A stretch of 64,000 nt of DNA from Candidatus Bathyarchaeota archaeon (GCA_963832745.1 CAWHVC010000004.1:1-64000); one strand, 5' to 3'; shown: positions 1-10,062, counted from the first letter of the stretch. Notes: a model not told the origin generated them from the letters alone. Made by a program: numbers and translations.

Positions 1-334
1 GCTTGAAAGTGAGTTTATACAGGTAAGAAAATACCTTGCCGACCTGGAACTTTTAACTTTTGAACACGGCAAAGTTAACCCTCACAGTTTCTGCATAGAT
101 GAAACCGACCACAAAATCATCGAGTACCTCATGCATTACAAAGGCGCCACCACTCCTGAGCTTGCAGAGTACCTGAAAAGTAACCGTTGGCTGATTCTAA
201 ACAGGCTGCGGAAAATCCAGCGGACCTCCAAGAAGCAGTGTGGCAAATCCGTAATCGATTACTGTGGCGGTGAACGGTCTGGAAAGAAGAAGGCGTGGTG
301 GATTAACGAGGAAGTAGTCGGCTTAGACGAATAA
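1..334 (+). CDS. 5'-truncated winged-HTH-like hypothetical protein
   Basis: Frame is open from nt 2 (LESEFIQVRKYL...) through the listed ORF; DHKIIEYLMHYKGATTPELAEYL looks like a wHTH. Confidence 0.55.
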   Translation, partial: LESEFIQVRKYLADLELLTFEHGKVNPHSFCIDETDHKIIEYLMHYKGATTPELAEYLKSNRWLILNRLRKIQRTSKKQCGKSVIDYCGGERSGKKKAWWINEEVVGLDE

Positions 335-372
335 CTTTTAATTGGCATGCATGTTTGTTTTCTGACGTTTGT

Positions 373-451
373 GGGCTCGTAGTCTAGCACGGATTAAGGC
401 ATCGGCCTCCGGAGCCGAGAATCCTGGGTTCAAATCCCAGCGGGCCCGCCA
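373..451 (+). tRNA. tRNA-Arg (anticodon CCG), CCA encoded
   Basis: Acceptor GGGCTCG/CGGGCCC-G-CCA; anticodon arm TCGGC-CT CCG GA-GCCGA; T-arm CTGGG TTCAAAT CCCAG. Confidence 0.96.
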
Positions 452-698
452 CCCCCCAAACGAATTTATCCTGCACACAAACATTTCCCTTCTTTTTTCC
501 AACTCTCTTTTGGCTAAGTTTGAGACAGTAGGTAGAATGAACAAAAAAATATTTTTTTGTTCCACATTAGTTTGCGAATGCGGCACCGGGTAATTGGCGG
601 CAGTTTGGGATTGTGAAGCAAGAGGCGGCTCAATAAAAGCCTTAATCCGTCATCTAGATATGTGCCTAACCTTCACGAAGCAACTTTACTAGCAAGAG

Positions 699-730
699 TT
701 TTAAATAGTAGTAAATAGATAACTGTTTAC
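699..730 (+). promoter_or_regulatory. TATA box followed by a palindromic operator candidate
   Basis: TTTAAATA at 699-706, then GTAAATAG-ATAA-CTGTTTAC (711-730) upstream of the HTH gene. Confidence 0.45.
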
Positions 731-754
731 AAGCAATCAGGCTGGTTACTGATA

Positions 755-1249
755 ATGAGACAAATATTCACCGTAATGTCACCCCTAAGCCAAACGCAAA
801 AAACCGTCTGGCATCTTATAACAAAAGGCCTGGATACCATAGCAATAGCAGAAAAACTCCATACCACCCGCCAATTCGTAAACCAAACAAAAATCTCTGC
901 AGAAGCAAAACTCTCCACAACCCTAATGGATATAGCTCAAGCAAACGATTTCCAAGTCACCAAACTGTACTCCCAACAAGGCATGCTCTTAGGCTACCAT
1001 CCTGTACTGAAACGCAAGGCTATTCTCACGTACAGCACCAATTATGGCATAAAAGTGTGGTACTGGCACAACAACGCCGAAGAAGTCACAAACGAAGAAT
1101 TCCTCCGCCAAACACGCGTATACCTGCTTGACATCGCCAAAGAAAGAGGCTTAGAAATCGAAAATGCAGAAAAAATGCACCCCGCCAAATTGGCAACCAT
1201 AGTTTTTTCTAAACTGATGCCTGACGCGGGACTAGGTGAACAGCAATGA
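755..1249 (+). CDS. HTH transcriptional regulator
   Basis: N-terminal HTH (LSQTQKTVWHLITKGLDTIAIAEKLHTTRQFVNQT); first gene of ABC operon. Confidence 0.7.
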   Translation: MRQIFTVMSPLSQTQKTVWHLITKGLDTIAIAEKLHTTRQFVNQTKISAEAKLSTTLMDIAQANDFQVTKLYSQQGMLLGYHPVLKRKAILTYSTNYGIKVWYWHNNAEEVTNEEFLRQTRVYLLDIAKERGLEIENAEKMHPAKLATIVFSKLMPDAGLGEQQ

Positions 1250-2175
1250 CGAGCCAAACACATGTTTTAGGTAGTTTCTCGGTTGTAACCAAAACTTTTG
1301 GCAACCATAAAGCCTTAGATGGGCTGAACTTTAAGGTTTACAAGGGTGTCAATGGTTTAATCGGTCCCAACGGCGCAGGAAAAACAACCACAATCAAGCT
1401 AATGTTAGGATTAATCAAAGCAAATACGGGACAAGCTGAAATGTTTGGGCTCGACTGTTGGCGGCAATCACTAGAAATCCGCTGCAAAATCGGCGTACTT
1501 TACGAGAAAGTAGCCTTTTACGAGCACCTGTCAGGGTTTGAACACCTACAGTTTATGGCAAAAATCAAAGGCGTTCCGGACCCGGCGGCGGAAAGCAAAG
1601 AGATGCTTAAACTTGTCGAACTTGATGGTGAAGCGCAAAACAAGCGCATAGGCACCTACTCGGCAGGCATGAAGCAAAGAATAGGCTTAGCACACGCTCT
1701 TTTGGGCAAACCCGACCTTGTGATTCTGGATGAGCCTACATCTAATTTGGATCCGTTAGGCAGAGAACACGTAATCGGGTTAGTTAATGAACTTAAAAAA
1801 GAGGGGTACTCGTTTCTGATTTCAAGCCATAATTTACCTGAACTGGAAAAGGTTTGTGAACACATCGTTTTGATGAATAAAGGTCGAGCCGTACGGCAGG
1901 GGCTGCTTACAGAATTGCTTGGAGAAATTTCTCCTCAGACATTTGCGATTAAGGTTCAACCAATTGCACCGCTGTTTGAACTGCTGAAAAAAGAGGTATG
2001 CGTAAAAGAAGTAAGCGTAAACGACGGCATATTGATTGTTGACACAAAAGACGCCAGTGCATTCAAGCAAAGACTTCCATTGCTTGCCTCGAAGGCACAT
2101 GTTTCTCTTGAAGAAGTCAAAGCAGGCGGTAAAGACTTGGACGCCCTATTCAAACTGGCAGTTGAGGAGGCCTAA
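1246..2175 (+). CDS. ABC exporter ATP-binding protein
   Basis: Walker A GPNGAGKTT, signature YSAGMKQR, Walker B ILDEPT. Confidence 0.95.
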   Translation: MTSQTHVLGSFSVVTKTFGNHKALDGLNFKVYKGVNGLIGPNGAGKTTTIKLMLGLIKANTGQAEMFGLDCWRQSLEIRCKIGVLYEKVAFYEHLSGFEHLQFMAKIKGVPDPAAESKEMLKLVELDGEAQNKRIGTYSAGMKQRIGLAHALLGKPDLVILDEPTSNLDPLGREHVIGLVNELKKEGYSFLISSHNLPELEKVCEHIVLMNKGRAVRQGLLTELLGEISPQTFAIKVQPIAPLFELLKKEVCVKEVSVNDGILIVDTKDASAFKQRLPLLASKAHVSLEEVKAGGKDLDALFKLAVEEA

Positions 2176-2177
2176 GC

Positions 2178-2993
2178 ATGAGTTCAAAAGGCGCAAAGTT
2201 AACGTTGCTTAAGACTGAGGTTAGGCGGGTTTGGGGTTTTCCAGTTCTTGAATTGGCCGTGGGCTTTTTGGCTTTTATTGCGGTTACAATGATTCCTACC
2301 TTGCAAGAAATAGTGAATCAAAGTAAGGCACAAGCCACCTTTAATGGGGTTGTGGCAAAATCGGTCTACGACGCGATGAGCGCGCAGTTGCTGCCTATTG
2401 GTTTATTTTGTGGCATACTAGTTGCGTTGTCGTTTGCCAAAGATTACGAGCAGGGGTTAATGCAGACGCTGCTGTCTTCGCCATTGTCGCGTTCCACAGT
2501 GTTTGTTGTAAAATTTGTCGCTGTAACAGTTCCTTTAACATTGCTGACTTGGGGTGTAACCATGTTTATGATAGCCTTTAACTACAGCTTAGGCGGAGCC
2601 ACCGTTTCTTTGCTACTTCAAGCTGTAGCGGCTTCATTGTTAACCACGTTTTTATCGGTGTTTTTCTTTGGCGGTTTAGCCACCTTAATTGCGTTAACTG
2701 TTAAACGGACCATTCCTACAGCCCTTGTGACAATGATGCTCAGTTTTCTAATGTACTTTGTAACCACACTAAGGGCTGAAACAATAGGGTCTTTAGCGAA
2801 TTATATTGCGGTTACTCCTTTCAAAGCGCCGCTTGTTGTGCTTGGCAAACTGTTGGGCTTAGGTTTTGCGGAGAATACGCTTGAGAGTTCCGTGCCTGCC
2901 CTTGGATTTTTGGCTATTGCTTTGGTTTATGGGTTGGCGTTTGTGACGCCAATGTATCTTTATTTTACTAGGAGGTTTGAAGTACGAGAATAA
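2178..2993 (+). CDS. ABC-2 type permease
   Basis: Multi-TM; KDYEQGLMQTLLSSPLSR motif. Confidence 0.9.
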   Translation: MSSKGAKLTLLKTEVRRVWGFPVLELAVGFLAFIAVTMIPTLQEIVNQSKAQATFNGVVAKSVYDAMSAQLLPIGLFCGILVALSFAKDYEQGLMQTLLSSPLSRSTVFVVKFVAVTVPLTLLTWGVTMFMIAFNYSLGGATVSLLLQAVAASLLTTFLSVFFFGGLATLIALTVKRTIPTALVTMMLSFLMYFVTTLRAETIGSLANYIAVTPFKAPLVVLGKLLGLGFAENTLESSVPALGFLAIALVYGLAFVTPMYLYFTRRFEVRE

Positions 2994-3559
2994 ACATAAC
3001 CCGTTTAGGACTTGTTTGCTTCATCATCGGTTTGGTATTGATGCTGAATGCTGCTTCTTCGCATGTGAGTGGATCAGCAATTGCTTCAACAATCACCTTG
3101 AAACCAGAGGAGACTTCTGGTTATGTCCTGTTTATGGCACCAGTAGGTCATGGCAACTTTACTGTAGGATACAATAAAGACCCCAACAGAAATTGGACTC
3201 AATTGCCCCCGGGGATTCCTGAAACCGTGGTGTTGCCTGTTCACCTAAAAATCACAGATCCTACTGGTCAAACTCTTCTGGAGCAAGATATAGTTACACC
3301 TGCCATTTTCCCCTTAAACTTTGATGCGCGGGGTGAATACAGGGTTTACATAACCAACAACGGCAACGAATCCAGTTCAATGCCAATCGGCACGCAATTT
3401 GAAATGAATAATCCTCAAAATCGCGAAGCAGACAAATACTTGCTGTCATGCACACTAATTGCCATAGGCGGGGTTTGTATAGCAGTTGGGTTAACGTTGA
3501 ATTTAGTAACTAAGCTGAGAAAAAATGCAAGGTCTAAAAACCACATGGGAAGTTTGTAA
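2984..3559 (+). CDS. Membrane-anchored hypothetical protein (probable ACG start at 2984)
   Basis: N- and C-terminal hydrophobic segments around a beta-rich domain; in-frame extension RINITRLGLVCFIIG upstream of the listed TTG; GGAGGT at 2971-2976. Confidence 0.65.
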   Translation, partial: TRINITRLGLVCFIIGLVLMLNAASSHVSGSAIASTITLKPEETSGYVLFMAPVGHGNFTVGYNKDPNRNWTQLPPGIPETVVLPVHLKITDPTGQTLLEQDIVTPAIFPLNFDARGEYRVYITNNGNESSSMPIGTQFEMNNPQNREADKYLLSCTLIAIGGVCIAVGLTLNLVTKLRKNARSKNHMGSL

Positions 3560-3561
3560 CA

Positions 3562-4251
3562 ATGAAACGCTATATCCCAATTCATACCCAAGGCTGGATT
3601 CCACAAGACCCCTATATACCAAGACACCTAAAAATTGCCTCCAACAGGCATAGACAAATAAGCAAAGCAAAAACTGTTGCTGGGTCAACTTTGCTGCTTA
3701 TCGGCTTAATTGCACTGGTGATATCGATTGCGGCTGTGCAGCAGTCACGGCAAATTTGGAGCCAATCTTATGTTTTGAATCCTGACCAGAAAAGCGACCA
3801 ATCATTTACTTCAGGCGGACACTATACTTTAGACCCTTTTTACAATAATCACTCCTTTGAGGGGCAAATAATTGTTGAGGGCGAAAATGTGAAGTTTAAA
3901 GTTATCAGTGAAGACCAGAAAGGGGTAACTTGGGAGCATAACGGGAAAAAGGTAAACTGCACTGTTAATTCAAACGACCCCCAAGATATTCATCAAGTAA
4001 TCAGCACAACTGTCGATGGCTCATACAAGTTCAATCTTCCCGCGAACGGGGACTACTCTTATGGATACGTCCTCCAAAATAATGGCAGTCAGCAGGCAAG
4101 AGTAACCTTCCAGTTAAACGATACACAAACAGCTATCGGCATGTTGATACCCGGCGCGATTGCACTGTTAGCCACTGCTCTTCCAGGAACAGTTCTAATT
4201 ATAAGTGGGCGTAAAGGCAAAAAGCAGCTTGCTTCGATGCCGTTAAAATAG
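3562..4251 (+). CDS. Membrane-anchored hypothetical protein
   Basis: Two TM segments flanking a beta-rich domain. Confidence 0.7.
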   Translation: MKRYIPIHTQGWIPQDPYIPRHLKIASNRHRQISKAKTVAGSTLLLIGLIALVISIAAVQQSRQIWSQSYVLNPDQKSDQSFTSGGHYTLDPFYNNHSFEGQIIVEGENVKFKVISEDQKGVTWEHNGKKVNCTVNSNDPQDIHQVISTTVDGSYKFNLPANGDYSYGYVLQNNGSQQARVTFQLNDTQTAIGMLIPGAIALLATALPGTVLIISGRKGKKQLASMPLK

Positions 4252-4314
4252 TTTATAGGCTGGCTAAAAAATGTTGACAAATCGGGTTACCGCCATGAGA
4301 CAAACCTTTACCGT

Positions 4315-5178
4315 ATGGAGATACGTATAATGCAAAAGCCAATCTTAGCAGTGTTTTGCGCACTGCTTTGCCTAATTCCCTTTTCTTTTTCTTCCTTTGC
4401 AGCTTGCGCAATGAATAATTCTTTGCCGCCAACCTTCCACGTTACGTTTCAAGGTTACATGCAACAACCTTCAAGCGACTCAGGCTCGTCTTCAAATGAT
4501 GATGAGAAGGCCATTTTAATGTTACAATTTTTGAACGGAACACAATATACAGCTGAAACTACCCATTTCACTTTTTCCATGGATGAATCGTCTAAAGGCG
4601 AATTTAATGCAAAGTTTACGCTAACCTTTGGTGATTTTTATGACGAGATTTCTTTACCTGCAAGTGTTTCAAATGGTCGGGTTTTAATAGATTCCGTTCC
4701 AACAATATTTGTAGTAAATCCAGAGTCTTTAATCGATGATAATCAAATTCAAATTTTTCAAACAGAAAACCTGTCGCTCTCTGGTACTGTTAGAGGTGAC
4801 GGACGACCATCAACTTTAATTGAGGATTATCATGTGCTTTCAAAAGTAGTTCAAGCGTCCTACCAACAAACTAATTCAGGGATGTTTGTCTCATCGCCTG
4901 TATTGACTTTCGATGCAAAAACAGGCGTCCTTACCAGTGCTACCGGTCAATTTAGTGACGTACTTTTAAATAAGTTAGGCGTTTCATGTATTTTTGGCGG
5001 ACTTTTTGATTTGGAGGATTATTCAGAAAATTTGAATTTTACTTTAGAGCGTCTTTCTCCGCCAATTTGGCAGTTCATTATAATACCCGTAGCTGTTATA
5101 TTGCTTGTCTTAGTGGTTTTTTTAGTCTATAGATCTTCAAAGAAGAAAAAAAGCCGCCACTTATCCGATATTATTTGA
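4315..5178 (+). CDS. Secreted, C-terminally anchored hypothetical protein
   Basis: Signal peptide, C-terminal TM and basic tail. Confidence 0.75.
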   Translation: MEIRIMQKPILAVFCALLCLIPFSFSSFAACAMNNSLPPTFHVTFQGYMQQPSSDSGSSSNDDEKAILMLQFLNGTQYTAETTHFTFSMDESSKGEFNAKFTLTFGDFYDEISLPASVSNGRVLIDSVPTIFVVNPESLIDDNQIQIFQTENLSLSGTVRGDGRPSTLIEDYHVLSKVVQASYQQTNSGMFVSSPVLTFDAKTGVLTSATGQFSDVLLNKLGVSCIFGGLFDLEDYSENLNFTLERLSPPIWQFIIIPVAVILLVLVVFLVYRSSKKKKSRHLSDII

Positions 5179-5402
5179 CTGATTGGAACCTTATCTTAGC
5201 TATTACAATTCCTTCGGCGCTTGGTGCCCTTTGGGTTACTGGGTAGGCAAGAGAAACGGCTTTAACAAGCCCAAATGGATGACATGGATAGATGAAAAAA
5301 CCGGCTTTGCATAGCCCACTATACTCAAGAACTGACTTTTAGTGTCAATTGCTTTGTAATGGCAATGCATATAGTCAACCAGACAGTAGAAGCTAAAAAG
5401 CA

Positions 5403-5495
5403 CTAAGCTTTTTTCTTTTTCTGCTGTTCTGCCTTTTTAGCTAACGATTCAACTTCGTTGAGGAGGGCATCTATTTCTTTTTTAGTCATCGACAT
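5403..5495 (-). CDS. Short ORF (30 aa, MSMTKKEIDALLNEVESLAKK...), possibly a gene remnant
   Basis: GGAGGT RBS upstream; overlaps the end of 5486..6082. Confidence 0.35.
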   Translation of the reverse strand: MSMTKKEIDALLNEVESLAKKAEQQKKKKA

Positions 5496-6082
5496 ATAGA
5501 GTTAACCTCCTTGTTTTCTTTTGGTTCTTTGATGCCTAATTCGACGTATTCTCTGATTTGCTGTTCAACGTTCTGGAGCAGTTGCTCGTACTTTGCCTTC
5601 TCTTCGGACGATTGGGCTCTGTTTATCTCTAGCCTCCAATAAGCCTCAAAATGCCGCAGCTCCAAAAGCATCACCGACTCAATCCGCCGCATCCGCAACA
5701 AATAATCTGCTTCTAGGTGAACGTAGCTTTTGACGCCCTGAATTACCAGCCTCAACTTCTTAGACTCATCTTTGGAGACGTCTGGCTCTTGAAGCCGACG
5801 CAGAGCAGCCCACAGCAGGCCAATCGTCTCGTTGCCCGTTGGCAGCTCCTCAAGTTTAGCTATTTCCAGTTTAGGCATCTGCGTTGTTGTTGTGGCTGAT
5901 TCAGTAACTTTATTTGCCATATTTTCCACAGAAGACCTTTGAGTAATCGCAACCCCCAATCTTGTAAGCTTCATAAAAATTGCTTCTGGGCTCCGCTTTA
6001 ACGCTACTGCAATCTCGTCGATGCTCTTACGCTCGGCAACCAAGTCTTGCAGTTGTTTTTCGTCTAGTTCAGTCCAGCGCAT
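5486..6082 (-). CDS. Hypothetical protein with N-terminal Myb/GcrA-like HTH
   Basis: RWTELDEKQLQDLVAERKSIDEIAVALKRSPEAI; charged helical C-terminus. Confidence 0.65.
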   Translation of the reverse strand: MRWTELDEKQLQDLVAERKSIDEIAVALKRSPEAIFMKLTRLGVAITQRSSVENMANKVTESATTTTQMPKLEIAKLEELPTGNETIGLLWAALRRLQEPDVSKDESKKLRLVIQGVKSYVHLEADYLLRMRRIESVMLLELRHFEAYWRLEINRAQSSEEKAKYEQLLQNVEQQIREYVELGIKEPKENKEVNSICR

Positions 6083-6177
6083 GTCTCATTTAGCTCCTTT
6101 AGTTGTTTTTGGGTGGTTTGGCGCAGGTGAATCAACTCTTGGAGCGGTATCGACAGGTTTCTTGTGAAACAGGTGAG

Positions 6178-6636
6178 TTAGAGGGGAAAGTACGCAAACT
6201 CAGCCTCGAAAACCAGCCCTCTACAAATGTCCTTAGCTTCCGTTTGTAGGACGCCAATCTTGTGCTTCGTCAGCAGAAGCTTCAACCCCTCAACCTTGCG
6301 CAACCGAAGCTCCCACAAATAGATCGCTCGCTCACGCCGAATCCACCAAGCAATCTGCTTGCGATCCTCAATAACATCTCTAAAGCGCTCTATGACATCA
6401 CTTGGAAACGTGCTCAAAGACCACGTAACCCCAAACTTGCGTCTAGCTGCTTCAGGGTCCTCTTTCCGTCTAACTTCCATGATAGCTCTTTTGCATTCTT
6501 CAACATCCTCTTTAAGAACCGCTAAATCATCATTGAGGACTTCCACGCACTTCTGGACTTCAAAACCGCTAAGAGTATGCAAACGTGAACGGATGGAGAA
6601 ACGGTGTTCCTTAAAATTCCGCTCCGGAGTCTTCAA
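6178..6636 (-). CDS. Hypothetical protein, possibly 5'-degraded
   Basis: 152-aa ORF; frame stays open about 29 codons upstream to an in-frame TGA. Confidence 0.45.
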   Translation of the reverse strand: MKTPERNFKEHRFSIRSRLHTLSGFEVQKCVEVLNDDLAVLKEDVEECKRAIMEVRRKEDPEAARRKFGVTWSLSTFPSDVIERFRDVIEDRKQIAWWIRRERAIYLWELRLRKVEGLKLLLTKHKIGVLQTEAKDICRGLVFEAEFAYFPL

Positions 6637-7088
6637 AGTTGAAGAATATGTTTTAACCGCTGAATCTGGCCAGTTTTGCCTTAACCATCTTTGGGCTTCT
6701 GCTATTAGCCTTGGCAGCCTTGAAACTCACATATCCAACATCAAAAACTTCGCCGACAAACCTAAACGTGAGAGGCATAGGCACAGTCATGTTCCTGTTT
6801 GGCTGCTACTTCATCTTTAACCTGCTCTACTTTTACCTGACAGGAGGCTATGCGCCGCACCCGAACGTTTGGTATGAGATGATTGGGCCTCGCATAATGT
6901 GAATTTGTGGGCTTTGGTTTTTGTTTTTTTGGGTCTGGTGCTGATGGTTACCGGCAACAAAAAAGCAACCAGTTAAAAGTAGCAGGTAAAAAATATTTTT
7001 GTTAATTTGATTGCACGGTTAAATTTAAATTAATATTGTGACTAAAGAAAAGTTGGCATTTGAGCAAAAGATAGGTTGAGGGGTTTAA

Positions 7089-7694
7089 GTGTCAATTGAA
7101 CAATTCCCTATACAGCCACCAGCAGACTCTACGGTAATTATGGTTTTGACAGCTCTATTCATTGCAGGCCTGGTTCTTGTTGTGCTAAGCTTTTCAGACA
7201 GAATAGTTAAAGCTATACCGTCTGTTTCGCTTTCTGGCAAACTGTTTGGCAACAAATGGGGATTTCTCATTTGTGGCATAACATTAATCGTGTTGCCGTT
7301 GGCAGGTTTCTTTACTGCTTTTAACACATCCTCAACGGTGACTATAGGCACAGGATACGTAGACGTGCAGTTCGCAGGTTTTTCACCCAATTCAATCATC
7401 CCCTTTCTAAGCGGAAACATGAATGTAACATCAAACCAAATAGACTCAGCATTTGTTGGACAGATTGGTTTGGGAGAGTTTACCCTCTATAAGCAGCGTG
7501 GAACCAATGCGGGTGATACAAACATAGGATTGTACACGCTCGGCAACGGTGCTACAGCCTACATCATATCGATAAATTCAACTGACCTCATCATCAAGCT
7601 GAACAGTGGAGACTACTTAATTGTGGGTACATCAAACACAGATGCCCTTGCAGCCAGCTTCGCGCAAAACGTTCACCCATTAACAGAGCCTTAA
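7089..7694 (+). CDS. Membrane protein with bacterial PH-like domain
   Basis: Two TM, then RGTNAGDTNIGLYTLGNG resembling bPH-family motifs. Confidence 0.6.
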   Translation: MSIEQFPIQPPADSTVIMVLTALFIAGLVLVVLSFSDRIVKAIPSVSLSGKLFGNKWGFLICGITLIVLPLAGFFTAFNTSSTVTIGTGYVDVQFAGFSPNSIIPFLSGNMNVTSNQIDSAFVGQIGLGEFTLYKQRGTNAGDTNIGLYTLGNGATAYIISINSTDLIIKLNSGDYLIVGTSNTDALAASFAQNVHPLTEP

Positions 7695-9175
7695 GTGAGC
7701 AGGTTTTTTAGGTATTTGCCAAGCAGTTGCGGTTGATGATAAATTGTCCGTAAGGCTTTCCCAGGATTTTTTATGTTATTGACTAAGGATAGGTGTTTGT
7801 ATTCTTTTAGTGCCTGCTCAGCGATTTCTTTAACTTCCTGAGAAGTAAAGTCTTCAGTTGAAATTAGTGAATGTCCTTGGGGCAGTCGCGCTGCAGACCC
7901 AAAAGAGTTCCAAGACAAATCCGCCTCAAGGTAACCGTTCTTTTTGCATTGCTCATACAACCGTGTTCCATACGATGGAGTTGCAGTGAAAAGGTGCATG
8001 CCCACGTCGTAATCCCGCTTAAGCATTAGCGCAAAATCGACAGTACGTTGCATGTTTTCTTTCTTTTCTCCGGGAAAACCGATAATGTAGAATGCGCCCG
8101 TTTTTAGGCCAATCTGTTTGGCATTCTTGGCAAATTCGACAACGCGGTTGAGGTCGAGACTTTTGCAGACGACTTTGTCAAGGATTTCTTGGTCGCCTGA
8201 TTCTACGCCAACAAAGATGCTGACAGCTCCTGATTGTTTCATTTTTCTGAGCAATGGCATGTTTAGGCGGTCTGCGCGTATGCCGTTTGGGGTTTCCCAG
8301 TGAATTTTGATTTTGCGTTCAATTATGCCGTCGCATATGGCTTCAAACCGTTTAAGGTCTAAGGTTAGGTTGTCGTCTTCAAAAAAGATGTTCTTCACAT
8401 TGTATTTGTCAACGACATGTTGAATGTGTTTTAAAACGTACTCTGCTGAATGCGCCCGGAAGCCTTGACCCATATGCAAATGGACAGCACAGAAGCAGCA
8501 ATTGAACGGGCAACCGCGGCTGGTAACCATGGATATTGCGCGGTTTTGGAAGCTTCGGTAACCGATTTTTTTGTTGCTCAAATAAAACTCCATTTCGACG
8601 AGGTGATAAGCTGGGTAAGGTAACTCGTCAAGGTTCTCAATAAAAGGCCGCTTAGGATTCACGGTGACCGAACCGTTTTGGCGGTAAGCAATACCCAAAA
8701 TGTCTGCTAACTGCCTTTTGCCCTCGAAATACTGGGCAATTTCCAAAAGCGTGTATTCGCCTTCACCCATAACTGCGATGTCAACGCTTTTTGCTTCTTC
8801 CAAAAACTCTTTCGGCACCGTAGAAACGTGCGGGCCACCCACAACAGTGAGAATCCGGGAATCTACTTTCTTTACCAGCATTGTTACTTTTAGGGTGTTT
8901 TCAATTTGGCTTGTGAAGGGTCCTGAGACTCCGACGATGTCTGGTTTACGCCGCTGTATTTCATCTTCAATTTGGCTAAGGGGCATGCCAACGATTGTGT
9001 CTTCACCGACCTTTTGAGGCTCACAATCCACCATGAAAGCATCTAAAATCTCAACTTGATAACCCGCTTTTTCGAGAACCGCGGCAAGATACATTAAACC
9101 CAGTGGTATGCTGCCTGCCGGTGGCTCGGAGCCTTTAAAAAAAGTTTGTGGCGGGTTGATTAATAGAATTTTCAT
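7691..9175 (-). CDS. B12-binding radical SAM protein
   Basis: PLGLMYLAA and VVGGPH B12 domain; SRGCPFNCCFC. Confidence 0.93.
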   Translation of the reverse strand: MKILLINPPQTFFKGSEPPAGSIPLGLMYLAAVLEKAGYQVEILDAFMVDCEPQKVGEDTIVGMPLSQIEDEIQRRKPDIVGVSGPFTSQIENTLKVTMLVKKVDSRILTVVGGPHVSTVPKEFLEEAKSVDIAVMGEGEYTLLEIAQYFEGKRQLADILGIAYRQNGSVTVNPKRPFIENLDELPYPAYHLVEMEFYLSNKKIGYRSFQNRAISMVTSRGCPFNCCFCAVHLHMGQGFRAHSAEYVLKHIQHVVDKYNVKNIFFEDDNLTLDLKRFEAICDGIIERKIKIHWETPNGIRADRLNMPLLRKMKQSGAVSIFVGVESGDQEILDKVVCKSLDLNRVVEFAKNAKQIGLKTGAFYIIGFPGEKKENMQRTVDFALMLKRDYDVGMHLFTATPSYGTRLYEQCKKNGYLEADLSWNSFGSAARLPQGHSLISTEDFTSQEVKEIAEQALKEYKHLSLVNNIKNPGKALRTIYHQPQLLGKYLKNLLT

Positions 9176-9317
9176 CGGTGACCCTTATGAATTATTTACT
9201 TGACAGTTTTGAAATATTTAAATTAACTCATAAAACGCCGGTTGAACGGTTTTTGTTTTTAGATGCTAAACATTTGCTTTTTGTAGGTTTTAAGGGCATT
9301 CTCACTGCTAGATGGGC

Positions 9318-9354
9318 ATGTTGCTGTTATGTAACAACCACATATGTTTATGAG
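9318..9354 (+). promoter_or_regulatory. 26-bp palindrome plus TATA box, copy 1
   Basis: ATGTTGCTGT-TATGTA-ACAACCACAT, then TTTATGAG at 9347. Confidence 0.6.
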
Positions 9355-9409
9355 CGGTATTTCGGCTTAACTAGCATGTTAATTTTTGTGGTGCCTTAAC
9401 GGAGGTGAC

Positions 9410-9739
9410 ATGTTTTTGAGTATGCGTTCTCAAGAAGAAAAGAAAAAAGGCAAAATGACAGTCGCTGAAGCAGGACGGCGCGGTGGGGAACGAACAGCTG
9501 AAACTCACGGTAAAGAATTTTATGAACAAATAGGCCGCAAGGGCGGCGAAAAAGTTGCTGCGGAGCGTGGACCAGAATTTTACAGTGAAATTGGAAGCAA
9601 AGGTGGCTCAGAAAGGGCAAAACAGCATGAAGGAAGTCCTGAAGCAAGGGGCAAAACAAGCCTAGAGGAAGCTGGACACAGGGGCGGACAGAAAGTCAAA
9701 AGATTAATACAAGAAGGCAAACAGCGCGAAGCAACTTAA
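9410..9739 (+). CDS. KGG-repeat/LEA group 1-like stress protein 1
   Basis: EAGRRGG, EFYEQIGRKGG, EFYSEIGSKGG repeats; GGAGGTGA at 9401 (start may be 9422). Confidence 0.9.
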   Translation: MFLSMRSQEEKKKGKMTVAEAGRRGGERTAETHGKEFYEQIGRKGGEKVAAERGPEFYSEIGSKGGSERAKQHEGSPEARGKTSLEEAGHRGGQKVKRLIQEGKQREAT

Positions 9740-9803
9740 GACTTCAGTTTTTCAACTATTTTTTCAGCAAATTTTTCTGAAATGTTTCAGGGAGGTGAAA
9801 GTT

Positions 9804-9998
9804 TTGTCAGATGAGAAAAAAGGAAAAATGAGTGTTGAGGAGGCAGGCAGAAGGGGTGGCTTGCGGACAGCGGCAACTCATGGTGAAGAATTCTACAGCG
9901 AAATCGGCCGGAAAGGTGGAAAAATCGGTGGACCTAAAGGTGGTCAAAGGGTGCGCAAGCTGATTCAGGAAGGAAAAGAATTCGAAGAGGAAGAGTAG
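9804..9998 (+). CDS. KGG-repeat stress protein 2
   Basis: MSVEEAGRRGG...EFYSEIGRKGG; RBS at 9791, TTG start. Confidence 0.88.
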   Translation: MSDEKKGKMSVEEAGRRGGLRTAATHGEEFYSEIGRKGGKIGGPKGGQRVRKLIQEGKEFEEEE

Positions 9999-10062
9999 AC
10001 GGCTGCTGTGTTGGTTATTTTCCAGTTTTTATTTAAGAATATTTTCTGTTGGAGGTGAGAAT

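Noticed and set aside
87-100. GTTTCTGCATAGAT matching repeat copy B
   Set aside because: Only 14 bp, inside a coding frame and without the palindrome; probably chance
430-451. attL/attR duplication of the tRNA 3' end
   Set aside because: No second copy noticed in the window and no integrase
338-593. ORFs 369..593 (+) and 338..586 (-)
   Set aside because: They overlap the tRNA-Arg gene and are spurious
6359-6820. 153-aa plus-strand ORF and other antisense ORFs in the track
   Set aside because: Shadows of opposite-strand genes with no recognisable motifs
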